36,199 nucleotides of DNA from a virus. The notes under the pieces were generated by a model. That model saw only the letters and a list, made by a program, of their open reading frames with translations. It ran no database searches and was not told the origin of the DNA. Of the stretch, positions 24,015 to 30,876 are shown piece after piece. The position numbers and the translations under genes were made by a program. Position 1 is the first letter of the stretch, and every line of letters begins with the position of its first letter. The DNA is taken from the IMG/VR virus record IMGVR_UViG_3300029620_000021. One strand, written 5' to 3'.

Positions 24015-25604
24015 ATGAAATTTACATCTACCTGGAAAATCGCTGACCCGCTCTCGCAGTACATCATTTACCTGCGCAAGTCCCGGAAGGACATGGAGGC
24101 CGAAGCTCTCGGCCAGACCGACACGCTCAATCGGCACCGGGCCGCGCTTTTGTCGCTGTCCGAAAGCCGCGGGCTGAACGTCGTGGAGATCTGCGAGGAG
24201 GTCGTGACCGGTGACTCCATCGCCGTCCGGCCGGAGGTGCAGAAGGTCCTGCAGCTCGTCGAGACCGGGAACTATGCGGGCGTCATCGTCATGGAAGTCG
24301 AGCGTCTGGCGCGCGGCGACACCATCGACCAGGGCATTATTGCCCAGACCTTCAAGTATTCCAACACGAAGATCATCACACCGAACAAGATCTATGATCC
24401 AAACAACGAGATGGACGAGGAATACTTTGAGTTCGGCCTCTTTATGTCCCGGCGCGAGTACAACACCATCAAGCGCCGCCTGTCCCGAGGCAAGGAGGCG
24501 TCTCTGCGCGAGGGCAAATGGATCTCCGGCAAGACGCCCTTCGGCTGGCTGCGCGAGAAGCTGCCGAACGACAAGGGCTATAAGCTCGTCCCGCACCCGG
24601 AGCAGGCCCCCATCCTGCAGCAGATCTACAACTGGTACACCGGCGAGGGCTGCGCGCGCATCGGCGCGAAGGCGATTTCCACTCGGCTGAACAGCCTCGG
24701 TGTCCCGACCAACTCCGGCAGCCTCTGGCGCGCGGACTCTGTGCTGGATATCCTGCGCAATCCGGCAAATGCTGGCTGGATCAAGTCCGGCGGGCGGCCA
24801 GAGACGAAGCGCATTGTCGACGGCGCTGTCGTCGTCAGTCGCCCCCGCACCCGGCAGGAGGATTTGAAGCTTTATAAAGGGCTGCACGACGGCCTGATCT
24901 CGCAGGAGCAGTACGACAAGGCCGTTGCTCTGAGCTATTCCAGCGCCAGCCCGCGCGGCAAGGGCGCATGGGGAACCGTGACAAGCCTCGCCGGGCTCGT
25001 CCGCTGCGACCAGTGCGGCCGCGTGATGGTGCGCCGCCCGTCGTCCGGCAACCGCCGCGATACGCTCCTTTGTCCCTCCTACGGCTGCACGACCGTCAGC
25101 GCGTGGTATGATGATGTGGAGGACGCCGTGCTGGATGCCCTGCGTGGCTGGCTGCGCGAGCTGGAGCTCGGTGAGGCCGCTGCGCCAGATGACACGCCCA
25201 TGCGCACCGCGCTCGAGTCCTCGATCGCCGCCGACCGCAAGCAGCTTGCCAAGCTGGAGGCGCAGGAGGCCCGCGCGTATGAGCTGGTCGAGACCGGTGT
25301 CTATACACCGGAGATCTTCCTGCAGCGCTCGCAGGCGCTCGCCGCCGACAAGCAGGTCATCGTCGACCGCATCGAGGCAAGCCAGACCACGATCACCGAG
25401 CTGGCCCGTGCTAGACAGGCCCGCGCCCGTCTGGCCCCCGCCGTCCGCCGCGTCCTCGAGACCTACCCGCTCGCCGCATCCCCGCAGGAGAGAAACGCCC
25501 TCCTGAAAACTGTCCTGCAGAAGGTCCTCTACCATAAACAGACCAAATCCTACACCAAATCCGGCAGCGACATGCACGTCACCCTCTACCCCCTCGCGGA
25601 TTGA
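24015..25604 (+). CDS. int: Large serine recombinase (integrase)
   Basis: 529 aa from the ATG at 24015. Resolvase-type N-terminus (YIIYLRKSRKD...VVMEVERLARG), a recombinase domain, a Zn-ribbon (CDQCG...CPSYGC) and a coiled-coil C-terminus. Confidence 0.9.
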   Translation: MKFTSTWKIADPLSQYIIYLRKSRKDMEAEALGQTDTLNRHRAALLSLSESRGLNVVEICEEVVTGDSIAVRPEVQKVLQLVETGNYAGVIVMEVERLARGDTIDQGIIAQTFKYSNTKIITPNKIYDPNNEMDEEYFEFGLFMSRREYNTIKRRLSRGKEASLREGKWISGKTPFGWLREKLPNDKGYKLVPHPEQAPILQQIYNWYTGEGCARIGAKAISTRLNSLGVPTNSGSLWRADSVLDILRNPANAGWIKSGGRPETKRIVDGAVVVSRPRTRQEDLKLYKGLHDGLISQEQYDKAVALSYSSASPRGKGAWGTVTSLAGLVRCDQCGRVMVRRPSSGNRRDTLLCPSYGCTTVSAWYDDVEDAVLDALRGWLRELELGEAAAPDDTPMRTALESSIAADRKQLAKLEAQEARAYELVETGVYTPEIFLQRSQALAADKQVIVDRIEASQTTITELARARQARARLAPAVRRVLETYPLAASPQERNALLKTVLQKVLYHKQTKSYTKSGSDMHVTLYPLAD

Positions 25605-25663
25605 TGGTTATACATTTATTCGGTACACATGAATGAATCCCATCTAAATATAGATTCTATAGC
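25605..25663. other. Candidate attP core region
   Basis: AT-rich patch right after the int stop. It holds an imperfect inverted repeat ATACATTTAT (25610-25619) / ATGAATGAAT (25629-25638) around a 9-nt centre. This is where attP is expected from module order. Confidence 0.3.
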
Positions 25664-25668
25664 AAGCG

Positions 25669-25698
25669 GAAATCCCTCCTGGTGACAGGAGGGATTTC
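25669..25698. terminator. Bidirectional terminator between int and the convergent accessory operon
   Basis: 12-bp stem GAAATCCCTCCT / AGGAGGGATTTC with a 6-nt loop, and a T-rich tract on the plus side. Confidence 0.7.
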
Positions 25699-25699
25699 T

Positions 25700-26167
25700 T
25701 TATTTTGCGATATGCTCATAATACGCCATGAGCTTCTGCTCCGGCCCCGGGCCGTCCTTATCGAGCAGGAACGCCTTTGCCAGAGCAGCGTAGAACTCCG
25801 GGCGGTTGAGGCCGAACTCTACGGCGACTGGGTAGTAGTCCGAGTACATCATGTTCATGGTTACGCCCCACGCCCAGCGCGGGACCACTGGTGCCTGAAT
25901 GCCCATGCTCTCGGCCACAGCCGTTGTCTGTTCCATCGTCCAATGCGGGCCTGCCGTGCCGTCGGCGTTTTGCATGTTGGCTGCCCACTGCATCGCCGTT
26001 TCGCGATCAAATGTGGCCGCCTCCGGCTCGTCGTGGTGCCCGTGCAGCTTTTCGAGCCTGCAGATCGTCTTTGCATACAGTCCGACTTCTTCCGCGCTGC
26101 CCAGCGTCACGGGTTTCTCCATGGCCTCGTGCAGCTTTGTGTAAAGCTTTTCGATATATTCTTTCAT
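25700..26167 (-). CDS. Hypothetical protein (accessory operon gene 3)
   Basis: 155 aa from the ATG at 26167 (RBS GGAGGC). I recognise no family. Confidence 0.65.
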   Translation of the reverse strand: MKEYIEKLYTKLHEAMEKPVTLGSAEEVGLYAKTICRLEKLHGHHDEPEAATFDRETAMQWAANMQNADGTAGPHWTMEQTTAVAESMGIQAPVVPRWAWGVTMNMMYSDYYPVAVEFGLNRPEFYAALAKAFLLDKDGPGPEQKLMAYYEHIAK

Positions 26168-26171
26168 CTCG

Positions 26172-26510
26172 TCATGCCTCCTGGATATACCGGTAGAGTT
26201 TATCGACGTCGTTCTGGTCAAATCGCATATCGCCCAGCAGCGGGACGGATACGGTCAGCTTGTTTTCAAAGCGCGGCCTGGCCGCGTTGTATAGCTTGTC
26301 GAGGTCGATGTTTCCGGTGTCGTCAAAGATCTGCATCATCTTGACCGCCGGATTCTCGCGCAGCGCAAGGATCTTCTCGCGGCTGCCCTCCATGATGAGC
26401 GCCAGCATGATCCCGGCCCCGATGCCCTTGCCACCCGGCAGGTGCGGGATGACCTCATTGTCCGCGTAGCGCATCGCGCCGCGCATGGCCTGATCTATCG
26501 TCACTGTCAT
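26172..26510 (-). CDS. Hypothetical protein (accessory operon gene 2)
   Basis: 112 aa with one hydrophobic segment (GKGIGAGIMLALIMEG). Confidence 0.65.
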   Translation of the reverse strand: MTVTIDQAMRGAMRYADNEVIPHLPGGKGIGAGIMLALIMEGSREKILALRENPAVKMMQIFDDTGNIDLDKLYNAARPRFENKLTVSVPLLGDMRFDQNDVDKLYRYIQEA

Positions 26511-26559
26511 TGCAGATTTCCTCCTTTAAGGATGGGGCGGCTATTGCCGCCCCTTGCGT

Positions 26560-27192
26560 TTAGCCGTTGCAGCACCCGCACTTCGGGATCGGGTTGTAGA
26601 GCGACTGCGCTGTGGTCGCGGTGCCCGTGGTGACGTCGGCGACCTGCTTGGGATAAAAGGTCGCGTTGACGTAGGTGACGATGGCGTTGTCGCCGCAGCA
26701 GCGGCGTTCGGCCTCCATCTTGACCGCGCCAAGGGCTTCCTTGCGGACAGACTCGACGTCCTGCTTGACCAGCGCGAAGCTGTCCTCGGTGCGCTGGTTG
26801 TGGACGGCCTGCTTGCACAGCGCCTCACGGACGTCCTTGAGCTGCCCGTCGATATAACCGTACATCTCCAGCATCTTGCCGTCGTTGTACGTGTTGGCCT
26901 TGAGCAGCGCGATCTCGCTGTCCTTCGCGGCCAGCTTCTGCTCCCGGTCAAGATCGTAGCGCGTGACCGGCATGTTCTCGCTGCACGTCGGCTCCTGCTG
27001 CCGTGCGGCGAGCATGGCGGCGACCGTCATGGCAGGCGTGACCGCCGCAGCGATGTCAGCGGCTTCCGATCTCTTGTTCTGGTTGAGGCCGCCCAGCAGA
27101 TTGCCGAGCCCGCCGTTTGCCAGACCCAGCGCGGCGCCGCCGATGCCGAAGCCCAGCGCAGTCCCCGCGAGTCCCTTGCTTGCGTATTCCAT
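26560..27192 (-). CDS. Glycine-zipper membrane protein with coiled coil and Cys-rich C-terminus (accessory operon gene 1)
   Basis: 210 aa from the ATG at 27192 (RBS CCGGAGGA). It has an N-terminal GxxxG-rich stretch GLAGTALGFGIGGAALGLANGGLGNLLGGL, a central heptad-like region, and a C-terminus with RRCCG...KCGCCNG. Confidence 0.65.
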   Translation of the reverse strand: MEYASKGLAGTALGFGIGGAALGLANGGLGNLLGGLNQNKRSEAADIAAAVTPAMTVAAMLAARQQEPTCSENMPVTRYDLDREQKLAAKDSEIALLKANTYNDGKMLEMYGYIDGQLKDVREALCKQAVHNQRTEDSFALVKQDVESVRKEALGAVKMEAERRCCGDNAIVTYVNATFYPKQVADVTTGTATTAQSLYNPIPKCGCCNG

Positions 27193-27265
27193 AAAAAATC
27201 CTCCGGTAAAAGTAGTAAGCTGGCCAGCTCCTACTCTCATTCTGCCGCTCCCCCGGTTTTTATGG

Positions 27266-27305
27266 GGGACATTTCCGGGACATCTGTGTACCATTTGTGG
27301 GACAT
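27266..27305. promoter_or_regulatory. Three helically phased GGGACAT direct repeats in the divergent control region
   Basis: GGGACAT occurs at 27266, 27277 and 27299, giving spacings of 11 and 22 nt. The repeats lie between the accessory operon start and the toxI promoter. Confidence 0.4.
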
Positions 27306-27338
27306 GCTTTCCTCTTAAAAATTTTCCCAGTACCCCTC

Positions 27339-27368
27339 TTGACTTCTACACTTTTTTGAGTTTATACT
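27339..27368 (+). promoter_or_regulatory. Promoter of the type III TA locus (TTGACT-18 nt-TATACT)
   Basis: -35 at 27339-27344 and -10 at 27363-27368. Confidence 0.6.
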
Positions 27369-27483
27369 AGGGGTGCGGAGAGATCCGCGAAAGAATCCTG
27401 AAATCTGGCACCGCACGATCCGCGGCACAACCATTTCAGGAATCTACAGAGATTGAACGTCGCCGTTCATCATCTGCCCATGA

Positions 27484-27594
27484 AAGCGGAGATCCCTTGC
27501 CGTTAAATAGGGAGCTAAAAAAGCGGAAATCCCTTGCCGTTAAGTAGGGAGCCAAAAAAGCGGAAATCCCTTGCCGTTAAGTAGGGGCTTAAAA
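27484..27594 (+). ncRNA. toxI: ToxI-like antitoxin RNA: three tandem 37-nt repeats
   Basis: R1 27484-27520, R2 27521-27557 and R3 27558-27594 are head-to-tail with no spacers. Consensus is AAGCGGAAATCCCTTGCCGTTAAGTAGGGAGCCAAAA, and copies differ at 3-4 positions. They lie between a promoter and a terminator, immediately upstream of a ToxN-family ORF. Confidence 0.8.
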
Positions 27595-27611
27595 AATCAT
27601 GGGCAACTAAA

Positions 27612-27640
27612 AGCGAGACTTCTGCAGTCTCGCTTTTTCT
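27612..27640 (+). terminator. Intrinsic terminator between the repeat array and toxN
   Basis: 9-bp stem AGCGAGACT / AGTCTCGCT, loop TCTGC, then TTTTT. Confidence 0.8.
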
Positions 27641-27659
27641 TTCCCGGAAAGGTCGAATC

Positions 27660-28169
27660 TTGGAGAATCTTTTTATCTGCCACATCAGTGAGCGCTATAT
27701 TTCCTTCCTCCATTCCCGTGACTTCCGTGTCCCGTTCAACAAGGGCCAGCGTCGCCCCTATGTCGGCGTTGTTCTCACTGTCGGAAGCTTCCGCTATTTC
27801 GTCCCCATGGAATCCCCGAAGCCAAACCATGCCAATCTAAAGCCCGGCAAGCACATTCTGAAGCTTGACGGTGGCCGCCTCGGTCTTCTCGGCTTCAACA
27901 ACATGGTCCCTGTCCCTGATTCTGCGATCCTTGAATACGACATTTCCGCAGAGCCGGATGTGAAGTATCGCAACCTGCTCCTGAACCAGATCGAGCATTG
28001 CAACCGTCAGAAGCTTGCCATTCTGGATCATGCCAATCGTACATACTACGATGTCGTCAATGGAAAGAGCAGCTTCATCTGTAAGATCTCCTGCGACTTC
28101 CGCGCGCTGGAGCGCGCATGCAGATCGTATAACCCGAACTATCGTCCGAAAGCCAATCCCGGAACATAG
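27660..28169 (+). CDS. toxN: Type III toxin, ToxN/AbiQ-family endoribonuclease
   Basis: 169 aa, TTG start 7 nt after GGAAAGG. The N-terminus (M)ENLFICHISERYISFLHSRDFRVPFNKGQRRPYVGVVLTVGSFRYFVPMESPKPNH fits the ToxN/AbiQ pattern as I recall it. The genomic architecture matches. Confidence 0.8.
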   Translation: MENLFICHISERYISFLHSRDFRVPFNKGQRRPYVGVVLTVGSFRYFVPMESPKPNHANLKPGKHILKLDGGRLGLLGFNNMVPVPDSAILEYDISAEPDVKYRNLLLNQIEHCNRQKLAILDHANRTYYDVVNGKSSFICKISCDFRALERACRSYNPNYRPKANPGT

Positions 28170-28174
28170 AAAAA

Positions 28175-28200
28175 GCGCCATGAGCCGTTGCTCATGGCGC
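28175..28200. terminator. Bidirectional terminator between toxN and the convergent HTH/lysis genes
   Basis: 11-bp stem GCGCCATGAGC / GCTCATGGCGC with loop CGTT. It is flanked by an A-run upstream and a T-rich tract downstream. Confidence 0.75.
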
Positions 28201-28359
28201 TTTCTCTTTGTCCGTTTTCCCTGTCAGACGGCGGGCGATATTGTAGATGTGCGGCAGGCGGCGGGAGATGGTTTTGCGGTCGACGCCGATCTCGGCGGCG
28301 GCGTCCATCTGCGGGAGCCTGCGCACGATATAAAGTCTCACGATCTGCTGATCGATCAC
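28192..28359 (-). CDS. Sigma-70 region 4-like HTH protein; minimal 55-aa version, with a protein-like open frame further upstream that lacks ATG/GTG/TTG
   Basis: The frame reads ...ITARLALPKELEHLTRSDWERVTDEGLLDVIDQQIVRLYIVRRLPQMDAAAEIGVDRKTISRRLPHIYNIARRLTGKTDKEKAP*. The only canonical starts are TTG/GTG at LDV(28359). The gene may be truncated or use a non-canonical start. Confidence 0.35.
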   Translation of the reverse strand: MIDQQIVRLYIVRRLPQMDAAAEIGVDRKTISRRLPHIYNIARRLTGKTDKEKAP

Positions 28360-28484
28360 GTCCAAAAGTCCCTCGTCAGTGACGCGCTCCCAGTCGCTGC
28401 GCGTGAGGTGTTCCAGCTCCTTCGGCAGAGCCAGCCGCGCAGTTATGCTTTCGTCACTCCCTTCGGCCCGCCGCCGGGCGGGGC

Positions 28485-29195
28485 TTACTTTTCCTTGTGC
28501 TTCAGCACAGCGATATTGCCCTTGTTGCTCACTTCGAGATCCAGCGCGGCGGCGATATCGCGCACCTTGACGTAGTTCGTGCCGTCTTTCAGGATGCGTT
28601 CAACGGCGACTTCTTTACCGTCCACGATGATCTTGCTCTTTTCGACCACTTCTTTTTCCCCCTCTCCGTTCTTTCCATCTTCGAGTGCCATGACCGTATG
28701 GCCCTCGCTTACCAGCACGTCCCCGCGCAGGAGATTGGCGTCCGTCTTCAGATATTTGCTACCAATCAACAATTTAAAATCTCCCGTTGCGGGCCAATCG
28801 TGCAGCATGCAGTATGTCGTGCAGCTGTTGCCCTGCCGGCGGTAGAGCGCTTCGACCGACGCGCAGCCTGCAGCCACGGCGCAGAGCGTCATGAGGCCGG
28901 AGCAGTCCGTCTCCACGGGCTTTGTGATCTTGCTCACGTCCCACTGTACGGCTCTGGCGGCCTCATACGCCGTGTTCCGGTCGCTCATGTCGTAACCGAT
29001 ATTCCGGTTTTTAATCGCTGCCTCGCACGTCTGCGCGGCCCTCTCGGCCTTTTTGCGGCTCTTGTAGCGCAGGACGCCGATCCAACGCCCGTTGTACCAG
29101 CGCGAGATATTCAGTTCCCTCCCGGTCTGGTTGCCGGGCTGCTGGTTCCAACCGCCGGTCTCGCCGAGGCTGGCCTGTCCGATCTTGATGCTCAT
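28485..29195 (-). CDS. Endolysin: NlpC/P60-like cysteine peptidase + C-terminal Cu-amine-oxidase-N-like wall-binding domain
   Basis: 236 aa. It has a TDCSGLM nucleophile-type motif and a C-terminus VDGKEVAVERILKDGTNYVKVRDIAAALDLEV. It overlaps the holin stop. Confidence 0.75.
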   Translation of the reverse strand: MSIKIGQASLGETGGWNQQPGNQTGRELNISRWYNGRWIGVLRYKSRKKAERAAQTCEAAIKNRNIGYDMSDRNTAYEAARAVQWDVSKITKPVETDCSGLMTLCAVAAGCASVEALYRRQGNSCTTYCMLHDWPATGDFKLLIGSKYLKTDANLLRGDVLVSEGHTVMALEDGKNGEGEKEVVEKSKIIVDGKEVAVERILKDGTNYVKVRDIAAALDLEVSNKGNIAVLKHKEK

Positions 29196-29500
29196 GCCCG
29201 CTCACTCCCGTACAGCTCGTGGTGCAGCTGCAGCACGGCGGCCTCGATCAGCTTGTCGATCGTTTCCACATCAAATTGAATGCCCTTCTCTGCGAGGAAG
29301 TTCACAACATACGCCTTTTTCGCTGCGCCGTCCGTCGCGGTGTACAGCTGCTCCGCCGCCTTTACGCCGATCTCAATGTAAGTGCGGAGCGTTTGCAGCT
29401 TATCCGCGTCGATCTTGGTTTTGAGCCACGGGATCAAAAATGCCGAAACGAGCGCGCTGATGAGCGCGATCACTGCCGAGATGATTTGCGTGTAGTCCAT
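29192..29500 (-). CDS. Holin (LL-H / phi LC3-like: one N-terminal TM + soluble helical tail)
   Basis: 102 aa beginning MDYTQIISAVIALISALVSAFLIPWLKTK. It lies directly upstream of the endolysin. Confidence 0.7.
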   Translation of the reverse strand: MDYTQIISAVIALISALVSAFLIPWLKTKIDADKLQTLRTYIEIGVKAAEQLYTATDGAAKKAYVVNFLAEKGIQFDVETIDKLIEAAVLQLHHELYGSERA

Positions 29501-29518
29501 AAGTAATTACTCCTTTCG

Positions 29519-29782
29519 CTATTCGACTGTTTCATTTTTCTTCGCAAAAACCCGCTTGAAGGCAAGCAGGCCAAGCTCTGTGATGGTTGCCCAGCCGGTA
29601 AAGCCGAGCACGTCGGACAGGTCGACCGACGCGCCGAGCTCCGGGCTGCGGATGACTGCAATTAGGACGGCGACGGTTTTCAGAGCGCAGGCCCAGACAA
29701 TTACCGTCGTGATGAGCTGGAGCAGATATACAACAATGGTTCGCGCCATTTCGCCCTTGCTCCACTTGCCTTTTGCCCGCAT
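29519..29782 (-). CDS. Small multi-TM membrane protein (holin/antiholin candidate)
   Basis: 87 aa with two or three hydrophobic helices and charged ends. Confidence 0.55.
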   Translation of the reverse strand: MRAKGKWSKGEMARTIVVYLLQLITTVIVWACALKTVAVLIAVIRSPELGASVDLSDVLGFTGWATITELGLLAFKRVFAKKNETVE

Positions 29783-29796
29783 ATCTGCCTCCCAAT

Positions 29797-30141
29797 TTAT
29801 TGCGCACTGCTATGTTCGCACTGCGCCTCCAGCTGGTGCAAAAACTTTTTTACATCGCCGTTTCCGCCCATCTTTTTATACTTCTCTCCGGCAATCAGGC
29901 GCTCGGCCATTGGCATTTCCTCCGACATGATGGTCAGCCGGAGAATTGCGAGATATTGCTCGTCCTGATGCTCCTGCATTTTCCCGAGCTTTTTGTCGAT
30001 CTCGGCTAGGTGTGCCTCCTGCGTCGTGGCCTTGCCGCGCTTTTTCTGTATCGCGCCGACGACGGCGTTGACGACCGCCGTCAGCGCGGACGAGCCGAGC
30101 ACGGCGCAGACGAGGGTAACGATGATTGTCTTGGTGTCCAT
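29797..30141 (-). CDS. N-terminally anchored membrane protein with coiled tail
   Basis: 114 aa from the ATG at 30141, beginning MDTKTIIVTLVCAVLGSSALTAVVNAVVGAI. Confidence 0.55.
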   Translation of the reverse strand: MDTKTIIVTLVCAVLGSSALTAVVNAVVGAIQKKRGKATTQEAHLAEIDKKLGKMQEHQDEQYLAILRLTIMSEEMPMAERLIAGEKYKKMGGNGDVKKFLHQLEAQCEHSSAQ

Positions 30142-30143
30142 GG

Positions 30144-30563
30144 CTATGTACCTTCTTCCGTGATCTTCTTCCACCCGTCCGGGTTAACGGATGGGTTCCA
30201 GACGTTGGCGGCGAGCAGGGATTCGTAGAGCTCGTCCTGCCACCAGCCTTTTTCGCCTTTGGAGAAGGCAAGGCCGGCGGTGATGGTCTCGGGGATGAGG
30301 CGGAAGCCCTGCTTGTAGGCGATGTCTTCCCAGAGGGCCGGGGCGGCGTCCGGGGTGTTCTGGGCCGTGTCCCAGAGGTCGGAGGCGGCGCGCTTGATGG
30401 TGCCGCCCCAGTTGATGCGCATGCCGGCTTTGACGAGGCTGCCGGAGCCGGTCAGGCGGGTGAAAAGCTCCGGCGCGAGACTCGCGTCGGCGTCAGTGAG
30501 ACTGGCGGCGCTTTTGACGATATAGGGGCGCAGCGCCCGCGCCCGCTCGGTGTAGGTGCTCAT
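30144..30563 (-). CDS. Hypothetical tail-fibre-associated protein
   Basis: 139 aa from the ATG at 30563 (RBS GGGGAGG), Trp-rich. Confidence 0.6.
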   Translation of the reverse strand: MSTYTERARALRPYIVKSAASLTDADASLAPELFTRLTGSGSLVKAGMRINWGGTIKRAASDLWDTAQNTPDAAPALWEDIAYKQGFRLIPETITAGLAFSKGEKGWWQDELYESLLAANVWNPSVNPDGWKKITEEGT

Positions 30564-30564
30564 G

Positions 30565-30876
30565 TTATTCCGCCTCCCCGAGCAGGATCTTCGCGGCGGT
30601 CTCTGCATCCGTCAGCGGCAATGCTGCACCCATTTCCTCATAGCTGCCTTCTGGCTCAGTACCTTTCAACGTGTAACCGGCGAGATGAAACACCATGTCA
30701 GAAAGCACCTGATGTTCAGTTCCTTCTTCATCCGTAATAGTCACAGCCATCTTAGCGCAAAAACCATCAGCTTCTGCTTCCTTGCACGGTACATAGCAAC
30801 CGTTGCTGTGCAGTCGGATGGGTACAATGCTGTCCGCATACCCGGCAAATGCGCCGTCTTGTTTTACTGCATACAT
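30565..30876 (-). CDS. Hypothetical protein
   Basis: 103 aa from the ATG at 30876 (RBS GGAGGGA). Confidence 0.6.
   Translation of the reverse strand: MYAVKQDGAFAGYADSIVPIRLHSNGCYVPCKEAEADGFCAKMAVTITDEEGTEHQVLSDMVFHLAGYTLKGTEPEGSYEEMGAALPLTDAETAAKILLGEAE

Noticed and set aside
25664-25677. The 14-nt string AAGCGGAAATCCCT next to the int terminator is identical to the 5' end of the ToxI-like repeat. It could be a boundary repeat of an inserted island.
   Set aside because: In 36 kb, a few chance 14-mer matches are expected (roughly N^2/2 x 4^-14, about 2). The similarity stops abruptly on both sides.
27484-27594. Could the 37-nt repeats be a small CRISPR array?
   Set aside because: The repeats are directly abutting with no spacers, there are no cas genes, and a ToxN-family ORF lies immediately downstream. 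The architecture is a type III antitoxin, not CRISPR.
28015-28575. 186-aa plus-strand ORF spanning the toxN 3' end, the terminator and the endolysin 3' end.
   Set aside because: It crosses a strong bidirectional terminator, overlaps toxN in another frame, and is Arg/Ala-rich. The opposite strand carries a clean HTH frame.
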